Of a DNA stretch of 64,000 bases, positions 23,490-38,282 are shown piece by piece. The translations under genes were made by a program, and so were the position numbers. The notes below the pieces were generated by a model. That model ran no database searches. It saw only the letters and a list, made by a program, of their open reading frames with translations, and was not told where the DNA came from. The DNA comes from Octopus vulgaris. Its lineage: Eukaryota. The number at the start of each line of letters is the position of its first letter. Positions within the stretch are counted from its first letter, which is position 1. The stretch lies in NCBI GenBank assembly GCA_951406725.2, contig OX597842.1:19096001-19160000 (forward strand). The letters run 5' to 3'.

Positions 23490-24578
23490 GTGTAATAAAT
23501 AAAATATATGCATACATACAAACATATATGTACGTACCTACATCTACATGTATATATACATGCATATATAAATATATATACGTGAGTACAGGACACTACA
23601 ACTAGACGTAGAACTCAACGAGAAACGAAAAAGCAAAAACAAGCATGGAACAGACCGTTTTTTTAACAACGAAAAAACCTAAGTTATTTTACTAAATTCT
23701 TTGTCATATTTAAAAGTAATTGAAAGAAACACAGCATCTCAAAATATAGTAACGAAAAGGTTAAGGAAGGTTAAAGAGCTAGAAATACAAATCGGAGGGG
23801 CCACTAGAGCTGTACTTTGCTTGTAGTGTTGAAATGGCTGCTGGGGGTCAATTTAGGATTTTGTTGCTAAAATTTCTGTTTAATTAATTCCTTATAGTTT
23901 TATTATACTATAAGGTGCAGGAGGGGCTGTGTGGAAAGTAGCTTGGTTACCAACCACATGGTTCCAGGTTCAGTCCCACTGCGTGGCACCTTGGGCAAGT
24001 ATCTTCTACTATAGCTTCAGGCTGACCAAAGCCTTGTGAGTGGATTTGGTAGACGGAAACTGAAAAGAAGCCCATCGTATATATATACGAAATCAGCCAA
24101 AATTGCTACGATGATCCAGTTCTTGACTGAAGATTGAAGGCTTCGAATGTCCCGTCTGTGTTTTTTGTGTCGTCTTCTAAGTGTTTTGCGTTCTTGCCCC
24201 AGTTTGTATTTTTCTACATATAATAATAAAATATATATATATGTGTGTGTGTGTTTGTGTGTCTATGTTTGTCCCCCCCGATATCGCTTAACAACCGATG
24301 CTGGTGTGTTTACGTCCCCGTAACTTAGCGGTTCAGCAAAAAGAGACCAATAGAATAAGTCCTGGGGTCGATTAGCTCGACTAAAAGCGGTGCTCCAGCA
24401 TGGCCACAGTCAAATGACTGAAAAGAGTAAAAGAGAATCAGAGGGTCCACTAGAGCTGTACTTTGCTTCTAGCGTTGAAATGGCTATTGGGGGCCAATTT
24501 AGGATTTTGTTGCTAAAATTTGTTTAATTGCTTATAGTTTTATAAAAGGCAATATATCCAAATATTTTGTTCTTATAG

Positions 24579-24635
24579 GTGGTGAAAGCAGAACTGATAC
24601 AAGTAGTGGTGGATCTTCTACTACTATCAGACCTG
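24579..24635 (+). CDS. Micro-exon type R (57 nt): GGESRTDTSSGGSSTTIRP
   Basis: TTTTGTTCTTATAG|...|GTAAGT, phase 1-1, Ser/Thr/Gly-rich. Confidence 0.7.
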
Positions 24636-24849
24636 GTAAGTGGGTTTCCTATTACATTTAGCGTTTGTGGCTAGAAACCTCATTCGTAATTCTTTCTTCA
24701 ATACCACCCAATCTGTAAAAAAAGGCATCTGAAAACCTTAGAAATACCCTACAGTCTAGATGTATTACAAAGGTCAGCATTACTTGGGCCTGCATGCATA
24801 TTGTTTAAAGTACTGTCTGTCTGAGGTTCTAGCTGAGACTTGACAAACA

Positions 24850-25200
24850 GTCCTGCTCGTGTCAGAGCATAAACAGCCACCAGTCTGAGGACACCCCTGT
24901 CACTACTGTTCATGTCCAGTATCACCAACTTAACTTGAGGGTCTACGAAGATAGGCCCCTCTGGAAAAACACTGCAGTTTCACCTTGTATTCCTGGTTGA
25001 CATGGAGATAAATAGATCTTGGAAATGGCCAGAGAGTCTGGTTTCACTGATGGTCACGACATCAACACTTAGTGACCTGAGGTCATTGAGTAGATGGCCC
25101 TGTTTCCAAGACAACCCAGGCCACATGCATTTATACTGCCTATTCCGAACAAGGCCATATCGGGTTAGACTACGGAAGAAGAAAAGGTTACTCACAGTAC
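24850..25200 (-). mobile_element. L1/Tx1-type APE endonuclease fragment (second copy at about 47870-48140)
   Basis: GLSWKQGHLLNDLRSLSVDVVTISETRL resembles the N-terminus of a LINE APE endonuclease. Confidence 0.6.
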
Positions 25201-25750
25201 TTTTGTGGGGATGGATGTTCCATCCTCATTGGTATATATGGATGTTTCAAGGCAGCAAGCTGGCAGAGACGTTAGCACGGCAGGCGAAATGCTTAGTGGT
25301 ATTTCGTCCGCCGCTGCGGTCTGAGTTCAAATTCCGCCGAGGTCGACTTTGCATTTCATCCTTTCGGGGTTGATAAATTAAGTACCAGTTATGCACTTAT
25401 CCGTTTGTCCCCTCTGTGTTTAGCCCCTTGTGGGTAGTAAAGAAACAGGTATATACTCTCTTTACTTGTTTCAGTCATTTGACTGAGGCCATGCTGGAGC
25501 ACCGCCTTTAGTCAAGCAAATCGACCTCGGGACTTATTCTTTGTAAGCCCAGTACTTATTCTATCGGTCTCTTTTGCCGAACCGCTAAGTGACAGGGATG
25601 TAAACACACCAGCATCGGTTGTCAAGCAATGCTAGGGGGACAAACACATACATACATATACATATATACTTCTACTATAGCCTTGGGCCAACCAAAGCCT
25701 TGTGAGTGGATTTGGTAGATGGAAACTGAAAGAAGCCCGTCGTATATATG

Positions 25751-25783
<33 letters not shown>

Positions 25784-25975
25784 TTGTCCCCCCAACATCG
25801 CTTGACACCCAATTCTGGTGTAGTTGCATCCCCGTCACTTAGCAGTTCGGCAAAAGAGACAGATAGAATAAGTTCTAGGCTTACAAAGAATAAGTCCTGG
25901 GGTTGATTTGCTTGACTAAAGGCGGTGCTCCAGCATGGCCGCAGTCAAATGACTGAAACAAGTAAAACAGTAGTG

Positions 25976-26018
<43 letters not shown>

Positions 26019-26780
26019 GTGTGTGTGTGTGTGTATATATATATTTGTGTATACATATGTATATATATATATGTGTATGTATATATATATTTGTGTATAC
26101 ATATGTATATATATATGCGTGAGTATATATATATATATATATATATATACGTGTGTGTGTGTGTGTATATATATATATATTTGTGTATACATATGTGTGT
26201 GAGTATATCTATATATATCATCATCGGTTGATGTCTGCTTGGATGATTTGACTGAGGTCTGGCGAACCAGATGGCTGCACCAGACTCCAATCTGATCTGG
26301 CAGAATTTCTACAGCTGGATGCCCTTCCTAACGCCAACCACTCCGAGAGAGTAGTGGGTGCTTTTACGTGCCACCAGTACGAGGGTCACTCAAGCGGTAC
26401 TGGCAGGGACCATGCTCAAATTGTGCTTTTTATGTGCCACCTGCACACGAGCCAGTCCACCAACACTGGCAACGACCTCGCTCAAATGTTTTTTCACGTG
26501 CCAGTAGTATTTATATGTATATGCATATATATTTGTATATATATATATGTATACATGATGTGCAACATTTTGGCTAGACATGGCTAGTTTAAATGGTAGA
26601 TAGTTTTTAACGATTGAACTGAGAACCACATTTTCAATAACCTCTCTCGAAAATTCTACAGTATAGAACATGTAACTTCATCTCCTGTTAATTAGTATTT
26701 AATTATTGTAAAAGAAATAGTAAATAGTCCTGTTGATAAAACGTAAAATCTGAAAACGATTTTTTTAGTCATTTTCCCAG

Positions 26781-26849
26781 GAGGTGTAGGAGTAAAAGAC
26801 GTGTTGAAGATACATCGAATTCAAAATGAAAGCAAAGGTTCCCAAACTG
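26781..26849 (+). CDS. Micro-exon type P copy (69 nt): GGVGVKDVLKIHRIQNESKGSQT
   Basis: TTTTCCCAG|...|GTAACG, phase 1-1, with an N-E-S sequon. Confidence 0.6.
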
Positions 26850-26959
26850 GTAACGATTGAACTGAACCACATTTTCAATAACCTCTCTCGAAAATTCCAC
26901 AGTATAGAACATGTAACTTCATCTCCTGTTAATTAGTATTTTTTTTGTCATTTTCACAG

Positions 26960-27028
26960 TAGTTGTAGGAGTAAAAGAAGTGTTGAAGATACATCGAGAT
27001 GAAAATATAATCGAAGGTACCCAAACTG
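26960..27028 (+). CDS. Micro-exon type P copy (69 nt): VVVGVKEVLKIHRDENIIEGTQT
   Basis: TTTTCACAG|...|GTAAGA, phase 1-1. Confidence 0.68.
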
Positions 27029-27204
27029 GTAAGAAAGTTAATAAACCCTTTTTGAATCCTTTAAATTAGACACTCGCATACATGTGTGTGTATGTAAGTC
27101 TCTCTCTGTCTTTCTCTCTCTCTCTATATATATATATAGATTCCTGTTCATCAAACGTAAAATCTGAAATCAGAATTTTTTTTTTTTTGATTCTTTCACA
27201 ATAG

Positions 27205-27258
27205 AAGTCAAACTGGGGCCAGACACAAAAGCAGATGAAACCAAGGATTCCCGAAATG
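27205..27258 (+). CDS. Micro-exon type Q copy (54 nt): EVKLGPDTKADETKDSRN
   Basis: TTCTTTCACAATAG|...|GTAAGA, phase 1-1. Confidence 0.7.
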
Positions 27259-27347
27259 GTAAGAAAGTTTATAAACCCTTTCTGAATCCTTTAAATTAGA
27301 CACTCGCATACATGTGTGTGTATGTAAGTCTCTCTCTGTCTTTCTCT

Positions 27348-27387
<40 letters not shown>

Positions 27388-28247
27388 AACTAATAAATAA
27401 AACATAGGAACGCACGCATCCATTTCTAAGTAAGATTGTTCTTGATATTAATAATGATGCAAACTCTTGACCTTTCTCAGCCTTCATTCTTTCTGGTTTC
27501 CTTTTCTTCTACCTTACTGTCTCTCCCTCTCTCATTCTTCATTCTTTCTGGTTTCCTCACAACCATTCCCTTCTGTTGCTCCTTCGCCGTTCTCAAAAAT
27601 AGCATTCGTAATACTTTATCTCGTTGGCTTAACGGCCCTTCTTGTCTGGTTATTCTCCTTGTCCTGTCTTTTACTCTTTATATTTTGTACTTTCGTTACT
27701 GTCCTGTTTTTGTTACCATTTTTACCCCTCCGCAAAAAGATCTCAAATTTTATTTGATTTGCTTTTTGCGGGAAGGAAAGTTTCTATCGAAGATGCATAA
27801 CGCCTTCACCTTCGAAACGCAGAGTAGATGAAACCATGGCGACTGAAGAAGGGGAATTTTCCTTGAGTTATTTGTCCTGTACTCTATTTTTTCGTTGTTT
27901 AAGAAAAATGTCCAGTTCCTTGGTTTTGTGTTTATGGTTTCCTTTCTCATTGTGTTCGACGTTTTCTTGGTGTCCTGTACCCATATATGCATGTATATAT
28001 ACAAGTATACGTACGTATATGTATGTATATATGCATATGTTTTATTTATTAATTTATTATATGACGGAACGCACATATCCATTTCTAAGTAAGATTGTTC
28101 TATATATATATACATATATAAAATTTGTGTTTGTAGGTATGCAAAATGGTGTCTTCTTTCTATCAATCCCTCTATACCAAATACACTCACTTTGGTTGTC
28201 CCTGGGCTATAATTACTTTTTAATTATTGTAACAAAAATAGTAAATA

Positions 28248-28923
28248 CTAGCACTATGACCTGGTAACGCTGGGTCATAGTGCTAGTGCATGCATATACA
28301 GCTGCGTGTGCGCGCACATGCATGCGAGTACTGTCCAAATCTCCGATCAATCACATACGGCTAGCTGGCATTCAATTGGCGTATCAAGTTTCAGGCATTT
28401 TGATTGGGTTTTGGATAGAAAATTCACAAAAAGTCACTTCTATTGAATTTTAAATGGCTTTGCGGAGAGACTGGGGAAATGTAATGATGTGCACGACCAC
28501 CCTTGAACGGTTTTGAATGACCATAGAAAGTGCAAGCCCTCTAACTGAAAAATTGTGGATTTGTATAAAGGATACGCACACAGACATTTTGCCATTTATA
28601 TATATATTTAATGGCTTTGCGGGGTGACTGAGGAAATGTAAAGATGTGCACGACCACCCTTTTACGGTTTTGAATGACCATAGAAAGTGCAAGCCCTCTA
28701 ACTGAAAAATTGTGGATTTGTATAAAGGATACGCACACAGACATTTTGCCATTTATATATATATTTAATGGCTTTGCGGGGTGACTGAGGAAATGTAAAG
28801 ATGTGCACGACCACCCTTTGACGGTTTTGAATGACCATAGAAAGTGCGAGCCCTCTAACTGAAAAATTGTGGATTTGTATAAAGGACACACAGACAGACA
28901 TTTTGACATTAAATATATATAGA
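28248..28923 (-). mobile_element. Non-autonomous Helitron with internal tandem subrepeats of about 152 bp (full copies also at about 34477-35158, 37641-38159 and 45099-45773)
   Basis: The minus strand starts A|TCTATATATAT...AAAATGTCTGT and ends with hairpin CACTATGACC..GGTCATAGTG plus CTAG|T. No TSD. Confidence 0.75.
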
Positions 28924-28987
28924 TTCCTGTTCATCAAACGTAAAATCTGAAATCAGAATTTTTTTTTTTTTTATTCTTTCACAATAG

Positions 28988-29047
28988 ATGTAGAAGTCAA
29001 ACCGACAACAGGAACAAAAGCAGATGATACCCAAGGTTTCCAAAATG
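28988..29047 (+). CDS. Array micro-exon variant A (60 nt): DVEVKPTTGTKADDTQGFQN
   Basis: CACAATAG|...|GTAAGA, phase 1-1. Confidence 0.7.
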
Positions 29048-30222
29048 GTAAGAAAGCTAATAAACCCTTTTTGAATCCTTTAAATTGGGCGCTCATTTGA
29101 ATCCTATCTGCTGTTTCTTTCTCTTAACTCATAGAATTTAGTCATTGCTTTGTTTGTGTTTTTTGAATCTTTTAAATGTTTATTCCAACCAAGCAGTTCC
29201 CTAGCACGACTCAGTTCCCAATAGTGACTGTCTTTCAGAAAAAAATAACCGCTCTGAATCCACCCAGGGTTACCTTTCTGTGGAGTTTACCATTAACCCT
29301 TTCATTACCAACCTAAGTGAAACCGCCTCTGGCTCTGTGGTACAAATGTCTTGTTTTCATAAGTTTTGAATTAAAATCTTTCACCAAACCTTAGTCACAA
29401 TTTATGTTCCTAACACTAGCTTAATGATAACTAAGTTATTTTACTAAATTCTTTGTTATATTTAAAATTAATTGAAAGAAACACAGAGAATCTCAACAGA
29501 ATATGGTAACAAAAGGGTTAAAAATATATAATAGAGAAACAATTCTTAACCCTTTTGATACCAACCCGGCTGAAACCACTTCTAGCTCTGAGTACAAATG
29601 TCTTGTTTTCATAAGTTTTGAATTAAAATCTTCAACCAAACCTTAGTCACAATTTATGTTCCTAACACTAGCTTAATGATAACTAAGTTATTTTACTAAA
29701 TTCTTTGTTATATTTAAAATTAATTGAAAGAAACACAGAGTATCACAACAAAAATAGGGTAACAAAAGGGTTAAATCCTTTTTCTTTAACATTATTCTTT
29801 TTTTTCAAAATAATTGTTTCAAACATCATTTACGTTAACATTGGTGGGTTTTTTTAAAATTTTTGTTTTTATAAATATTTTGTGTGATTTGTTTGGTTTT
29901 AGCCAATATGGCTACAATTGTATTACAACTGAAAAATTGTGGGTTTGTATAAAGGACACACACACAGACATTTTGCCGTTTATATATATATATTTAATGG
30001 CTTTGCGGGGTGACTGAGGAAATGTAAAGATGTGCACGACCACCCTTGGACGGTTTTGAATGACCATAGAAAGTGTGAGCCCTCTAACTGAAAAATTGTG
30101 GATTTGTATAAAGGACACACAGACAGACATTTTGACATTAAATATATATAGATTCCTGTTTATCAAACGTAAAATCTGAAATCAGAATTTTTTTATTTTT
30201 TATTCTTTCACAATTGATGTAG

Positions 30223-30276
30223 AAGTCACACCGACAACAGGAACAAAAGCAGATGATACCGAAGGTTTCCAAAATG
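30223..30276 (+). CDS. Array micro-exon variant B (54 nt): EVTPTTGTKADDTEGFQN
   Basis: ATGTAG|...|GTAAGA, phase 1-1. Confidence 0.62.
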
Positions 30277-32021
30277 GTAAGAAAGCTAATAAACCCTTTT
30301 TGAATCCTTTAAATTGGGCGCTCATTTGAATCCTATCCGCTGTTTCTTTCTCTTAACTCGTAGAATTTAGTCATTGCTTTGTTTGTGTTTTTTGAATCTT
30401 TTAAATGTTTATTCCAACCAAGCAGTTCCCTAGCACGACTCAGTTCCCAATAGTGACTGTCTTTCAGAAAAAAATAACCGCTTTGAATCCACCCAGGGTT
30501 ACCTTTCTGTGGAGTTTACCATTAACCCTTTCGTTACCAACCCAAGTGAAACCGCCTCTGGCTCTGTTGTACAATAGTCTTGTTTTCATAAGTTTTGAAT
30601 TAAAATCTTCCACCAAACCTTAGTCACAATTTATGTTCCTAACACTAGCTTAATGATAACTAAGTTATTTTACTAAATTCTTTGTTATATTTAAAATTAA
30701 TTGAAAGAAACACAGAGCATCTCAACAGAATATGGTAACAAAAGTGTTAAAAATATATAATAGAGAAACAATTCTTAATCCTTTTGATACTAACCTGCCT
30801 GAAACCGCCTCTGGCTCTGTGGTACAAATGTCTTGTTTTCATAAGTTTTAAATTAAAATCTTTCACCAAACCTTAGTCACAATTTATGTTCCTAACACTA
30901 GCTTAATGATAACTAAGTTATTTTACTAAATTCTTTGTTATATTTAAAATTAATTGAAAGAAACACAGAGAATCTCAACAGAATATGGTAACAAAAGGGT
31001 TAAAAATATATAATAGAGAAACAATTCTTAACCCTTTTGATACCAACCCGGCTGAAACCACTTCTAGCTCTGAGTACAAATGTCTTGTTTTCATAAGTTT
31101 TGAATTAAAATCTTCAACCAAACCTTAGTCACAATTTATGTTCCTAACACTAGCTTAATGATAACTAAGTTATTTTACTAAATTCTTTGTTATATTTAAA
31201 ATTAATTGAAAGAAACACAGAGTATCACAACAGAAATAGGGTAACAAAAGGGTTAAATCCTTTTTTCTTTAACATTATTTTTTTTTTCAAAATAATTGTT
31301 TCAAACATCATTTACGTTAACATTGGTGGGTTTTTTTTAAATTTTTGTTTTTATAAATATTTTGTGTGATTTGTTTGGTTTTAGCCAATATGGCTACAAT
31401 TGTATTACAACTGAAAAATTGTGGGTTTGTATAAAGGACACACACACAGACATTTTGCCGTTTATATATATATATTTAATGGCTTTGCGTGGTGACTGGG
31501 GAAATGTAAAGATGTGCACGACCACCCTTTGACGGTTTTGAATGACCATAGAAAGTGCGAGCCCTCTAACTGAAAAATTGTGGGTTTGTATAAAGGACAC
31601 ACACACAGACATTTTGTTGTTTATATATATATATTTAATGGCTTTGCGGGGTGACTGGGAAATGTAAAGATGTGCACGACCACCCTTTGACGGTTTTGAA
31701 TGACCATAGAAAGTGCGAGCCCTCTAACTGAAAAATTGTGGGTTTGTATAAAGGACACGCACACAGACATTTTGTTGTTTATATATATATATTTAATGGC
31801 TTTGCGGGGTGACTGGGGAAATGTAAAGATGTGCACGACCACCCTTGGACGGTTTTGAATGACCATAGAAAGTGTGAGCCCTCTAACTGAAAAATTGTGG
31901 ATTTGTATAAAGGACACACAAACAGACATTTTGACATTAAATATATGTAGATTCCTGTTTATCAAACGTAAAATCTGAAATCAGAATTTTTTTATTTTTT
32001 ATTCTTTCACAATTGATGTAG

Positions 32022-32075
32022 AAGTCACACCGACAACAGGAACAAAAGCAGATGATACCGAAGGTTTCCAAAATG
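32022..32075 (+). CDS. Array micro-exon variant B (54 nt)
   Basis: Identical to 30223-30276, splice sites intact. Confidence 0.62.
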
Positions 32076-33924
32076 GTAAGAAAGTTAATAAACCCTTTCT
32101 GAATCCTTTAAATTAGACACTAACATAAATGTGTGTGTATGTAAGTCTCTCTCTGTCTTTCTCTCTTTATATATATATATTCATTTGAATCCTATCTGCT
32201 GTTTCTTTCTCTTAACTCATAGAATTTAGTCATTGCTTTGTTTGTGTTTTTTGAATCTTTTAAATGTTTATTCCAACCAAGCAGTTCCCTAGCACGACTC
32301 AGTTCCCAATAGTGACTGTCTTTCAGAAAAAAATAACCGCTTTGAATCCACCCAGGGTTACCTTTCTGTGGAGTTTACCATTAACCCTTTCATTACCAAC
32401 CCAAGTGAAACCGCCTCTGGCTCTGTTGTACAATCGTCTTGTTTTCATAAGTTTTGAATTAAAATCTTTCACCAAACCTTAGTCACAATTTATGTTCCTA
32501 ACACTAGCTTCATGATAACTAAGTTATTTTACTAAATTCTTTGTTATATTTAAATTTAATTGAAAGAAACACAGAGCATCTCAACAGAATATGGTAACAA
32601 AAGGGTTAAAAATATATAATAGAGAAACAATTCTTAATCCTTTTGATACTAACCTGCCTGAAACCGCCTCTGGCTCTGTGGTACAAATGTCTTGTTTTCA
32701 TAAGTTTTAAATTAAAATCTTTCACCAAACCTTAGTCACAATTTATGTTCCTAACACTAGCTTCATGATAACTAAGTTATTTTACTAAATTCTTTGTTAT
32801 ATTTAAAATTAATTGAAAGAAACACAGAGTATCTCAACAGAATATGGTAACAAAAGGGTTAAAAATATATAATAGAGAAACAATTCTTAATCCTTTTGAT
32901 ACCAACCCGGCTGAAACCACTTCTGGCTCTGAGTACAAATGTCTTGTTTTCATAAGTTTTGAATTAAAATCTTCAACCAAACCTTAGTCACAATTTATGT
33001 TCCTAACACTAGCTTAATGATAACTAAGTTATTTTACTAAATTCTTTGTTATATTTAAAATTAATTGAAAGAAACACAGAGTATCACAATAGAAATAGGG
33101 TAACAAAAGGGTTAAATCCTTTTTCTTTAACATTATTTTTTTTTTTTCGAAATAATTGTTCCAAACATCATTTACGTTAACATTGGTGGGTTTTATTTTA
33201 ATTTTTGTTTTTATAAATATTTTGTGTGATTTATTTGGTTTTAGCCAATATGGTTACAATTGTATTACAACAGTGCTTCTATCATCATCATCATCATCAT
33301 TTTGACAGTGTCGAAACATTTAAGAATCAATTGGTTCTGACAACCAGGATTTTCAAAGTGTATATGTGTGTGTGTATATATATATATATATACTCTCTTT
33401 ACTTGTTTCAGTCATTTGACTGCGGCCATGCTGGAGCACCGCCTTTAATCAAGCAAATCGACCTCGGGACTTATTCTTTGTAAGCCCAGTACTTATTCTA
33501 TCGGTCTCTTTTGCCGAACCGCTAAGTGACAGGGATGTAAACACACCAGCATCGGTTGTCAAGCAATGCTAGGGGGACAAACACAGACACACATACACAT
33601 ACATATACATATATACTTCTACTATAGCCTTGGGCCAACCAAAGCTTTGTGAGTGGATTTGGTAGATGGAAACTGAAAGAAGCCCTTCGTATATATGTTT
33701 ATATATATATATGTGCGTGTGTGTCTGTTTGTCCCCCCAACATCGCTTGACACCCAATGCTGGTGTTGTTGCATCCTCGTCACTTAGCAGTTCGGCAAAA
33801 GAGACCGATACAATAAGTACTAGGCTTACGAAGAATAAGTCCCGTGCTCGATTTGCTCAACTAAAGGTGGTGCTCCAGCATGGCCACAGTCAAATGACTG
33901 AAACAAGTAAAACAGTAATGTAAG

Positions 33925-33970
<46 letters not shown>

Positions 33971-35226
33971 CTTTTCGCGGGAAGGAAAGTTTCTATCGAA
34001 GATGCGCATCGCCTTCACCTTCGAAACGCAGAGTAGATGAAACCATGGCGACTGAAGAAGGGGAATTTTCCTTGAGTTATTTGTCCTGTACTCTATTTTT
34101 TCGTTGTTTAAGAAAAATGTCCAGTTCCTTGGTTTTGTGTTTATGGTTTCCTTTCTCATTGTGTTCGACGTTTTCTTGGTGTCCTGTACCCATATATGCA
34201 TGTATATATACAAGTATACGTACGTATATGTATGTATATATGCATATGTTTTATTTATTAAATTATTTATTAATTTATTATATGACGGAACGCACACATC
34301 CATTTCTAAGTAAGATTGTTCTATATATATCTATATATATACATATATAAAATGTATGTTTGTAGGTATGCAAAATGGTGTCTTCTTTCTATCAATCCCT
34401 CTATACCAAATACACTCACTTTGGTTGTCCCTGGGCTATAATTACTTTTTAATTATTGTAACAAAAATAGTAAATACTAGCACTATGACCTGGTAACGCT
34501 GGGTCATAGTGCTAGTGCATGCATATACAGCTGCGTGTGCGCGCACATGCATGCGAGTACTGTCCAAATCTCCGATCAATCACATATGGCTAGCTGGCAT
34601 TCAATTGGCGTATCAAGTTTCAGGCATTTTGATTGGGTTTTGGATAGAAAATTCACAAAAAAGTCACTTCTATTGAATTTTAAATGGCTTTGCGGAGAGA
34701 CTGGGGAAATGTAATGATGTGCACGACCACCCTTTGACGGTTTTGAATGACCATAGAAAGTGTGAGCCCTCTAACTGAAAAATTGTGGGTTTGTATAAAG
34801 GACACACACACAGACATTTTGCCGTTTATATATATATATATTTAATGGCTTTGCGGGGTGACTGAGGAAATGTAAAGATGTGCACGACCACCCTTTGACG
34901 GTTTTGAAAGACCATAGAAAGTGCGAGCCCTCTAACTGAAAAGTTGTGGGTTTGTATAAAGGACACGCACACAGACATTTTGTTGTTTATATATATATAT
35001 TTAATGGCTTTGCGTGGTGACTGGGAAATGTAAAGATGTGCACGACCACCCTTTGACGGTTTTGAATGACCATAGAAAGTGCGAGCCCTCTAACTGAAAA
35101 ATTGTGGATTTGTATAAAGGACACACAGACAGACATTTTGCCATTAAATATATATAGATTCCTGTTCATCAAATGTAAAATCTGAAATCAGAATTTTTTT
35201 TTTTTATTCTTTCACAATTGATGTAG

Positions 35227-35280
35227 AAGTCAAACCGACAACAGGAACAAAAGCAGATGATACCAAAGGTTTCCAAAATG
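35227..35280 (+). CDS. Array micro-exon variant C (54 nt): EVKPTTGTKADDTKGFQN
   Basis: ATGTAG|...|GTAAGA, phase 1-1. Confidence 0.62.
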
Positions 35281-37078
35281 GTAAGAAAGCTAATAAACCC
35301 TTTTTGAATCCTTTAAATTGGGCGCTCATTTCAATCCTATCCGCTGTTTCTTTCTCTTAACTCATAGAATTTAGTCATTGCTTTGTTTGTGTTTTTTGAA
35401 TCTTTTAAATGTTTATTCCAACCAAGCAGTTCCCTAGCACGACTCAGTTCCCAATAGTGACTGTCTTTCAGAAAAAAATAACCGCTTTGAATCCACCCAG
35501 GGTTACCTTTCTGTGGAGTTTACCATTAACCCTTTCATTACCAACCCAAGTGAAACCGCCTCTGGCTCTGTTGTACAATCGTCTTGTTTTCATAAGTTTT
35601 GAATTAAAATCTTTCACCAAACCTTAGTCACAATTTATGTTCCTAACACTAGCTTCATGATAACTAAGTTATTTTACTAAATTCTTTGTTATATTTAAAA
35701 TTAATTGAAAGAAACACAGAGCATCTCAACAGAATATGGTAACAAAAGGGTTAAAAATATATAATAGAGAAACAATTCTTAATCCTTTTGATACTAACCT
35801 GCCTGAAACCGCCTCTGGCTCTGTGGTACAAATGTCTTGTTTTCATAAGTTTTAAATTAAAATCTTTCACCAAACCTTAGTCACAATTTATGTTCCTAAC
35901 ACTAGCTTCATGATAACTAAGTTATTTTACTAAATTCTTTGTTATATTTAAAATTAATTGAAAGAAACACAGAGTATCTCGACAGAATATGGTAACAAAA
36001 GGGTTAAAAATATATAATAGAGAACCAATTCTTAATCTTTTTGATACCAACCCGGCGGAAACCACTTCTGGCTCTGAGTACAAATGTCTTGTTTTCATAA
36101 GTTTTGAATTAAAATCTTCAACCAAACCTTAGTCACAATTTATGTTCCTAACACTAGCTTAATGATAACTAAGTTATTTTACTAAATTCTTTGTTATATT
36201 TAAAATTAATTGAAAGAAACACAGAGTATCACAATAGAAATAGGGTAACAAAAGGGTTAAATCCTTTTTCTTTAACATTATTTTTTTTTTCGAAATAATT
36301 GTTTCAAACATCATTTACGTTAACATTGGTGGGTTTTATTTTAATTTTTGTTTTTATAAATATTTTGTGTGATTTATTTGGTTTTAGCCAATATGGCTAC
36401 AATTGTATTACAACAGTGCTTCTATCATCATCATCATCATCATTTTGACAGTGTCGAAACATTTAAGAATCAATTGGTTCTGACAACCAGGATTTTCAAA
36501 GTGTATATGTGTGTGTGTATATATATATATATATACTCTCTTTACTTGTTTCAGTCATTTGACTGCGGCCATGCTGGAGCACCGCCTTTAATCAAGCAAA
36601 TCGACCTCGGGACTTATTCTTTGTAAGCCCAGTACTTATTCTATCGGTCTCTTTTGCCGAACCGCTAAGTGACAGGGATGTAAACACACCAGCATCGGTT
36701 GTCAAGCAATGCTAGGGGGACAAACACAGACACACATACACATACATATACATATATATATACATATATACTTCTACTATAGCCTTGGGCCAACCAAAGC
36801 TTTGTGAGTGGATTTGGTAGATGGAAACTGAAAGAAGCCCTTCGTATATATGTTTATATATATATATGTGCGTGTGTGTCTGTTTGTCCCCCCAACATCG
36901 CTTGACACCCAATGCTGGTGTTGTTGCATCCTCGTCACTTAGCAGTTCGGCAAAAGAGACCGATACAATAAGTACTAGGCTTACGAAGAATAAGTCCCGT
37001 GCTCGATTTGCTCAACTAAAGGTGGTGCTCCAGCATGGCCACAGTCAAATGACTGAAACAAGTAAAACAGTAATGTAA

Positions 37079-37121
<43 letters not shown>

Positions 37122-38222
37122 CTTTTCGCGGGAAGGAAAGTTTCTATCGAAGATGCGCATCGCCTTCACCTTCGAAACGCAGAGTAGATGAAACCATGGC
37201 GACTGAAGAAGGGGAATTTTCCTTGAGTTATTTGTCCTGTACTCTATTTTTCGTTGTTTAAGAAAAATGTCCAGTTCCTTGGTTTTGTGTTTATGGTTTC
37301 CTTTCTCATTGTGTTCGACGTTTTCTTGGTGTCCTGTACCCATATATGCATGTATATATACAAGTATACGTACGTATATGTATGTATATATGCATATGTT
37401 TTATTTATTAAATTATTTATTAATTTATTATATAACGGAACACACACATCCATTTCTAAGTAAGATTGTTCTATATATATATATATATATATATCTATAT
37501 ATATACATGTATAAAATTTGTGTTTGTAGGTATGCAAAATGGTGTCTTCTTTCTATCAATCCCTCTATACCAAATACACTCACTTTGGTTGTCCCTGGGC
37601 TATAATTACTTTTTAATTATTGTAACAAAAATAGTAAATACTAGCACTATGACCTGGTAACGCTGGGTCATAGTGCTAGTGCATGCATATACAGCTGCGT
37701 GTGCGCGCACATGCATGCGAGTACTGTCCAAATCTCAAATCAATCATATACAGCTAGCTGGCATTCAATTGGTGTATCAAGTTTCAGGCATTTTGATTGG
37801 GTTTTGGATAGAAAATTCACAAAAAGTCACTTCTATTGAATTTTAAATGGCTTTGCGGAGAGACTGGGGAAATGTAATGATGTGCACGACCACCCTTGAA
37901 CGGTTTTGAATGACCATAGAAAGTGCAAGCCCTCTAACTGAAAAATTGTGGATTTGTATAAAGGATACGCACACAGACATTTTGCCATTTATATATATAT
38001 TTAATGGCTTTGCGGGGTGACTGAGGAAATGTAAAGACGTGCACGACCACCCTTTGATGGTTTTGAATGACCATAGAAAGTGCGAGCCCTCTAACTGAAA
38101 AATTGTGGATTTGTATAAAGGACACACAGACAGACATTTTGACATTAAATATATATAGATTCCTGTTCATCAAACGTAAAATCTGAAATCAGAATTTTTT
38201 TTTTTTTTTTCTTTCACAATAG

Positions 38223-38282
38223 ATGTAGAAGTCAAACCGACAACAGGAACAAAAGCAGATGATACCCAAGGTTTCCAAAATG
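38223..38282 (+). CDS. Array micro-exon variant A (60 nt)
   Basis: CACAATAG|...|GTAAGA, identical to 28988-29047. Confidence 0.68.

Noticed and set aside
22235-26290. YI/HT/CV-rich ORFs here and throughout the window
   Set aside because: Translations of (TA)n and (CA)n microsatellites.
27436-27831. Hydrophobic ORF as a membrane protein
   Set aside because: Pyrimidine-rich low-complexity sequence with no convincing start or splice context.
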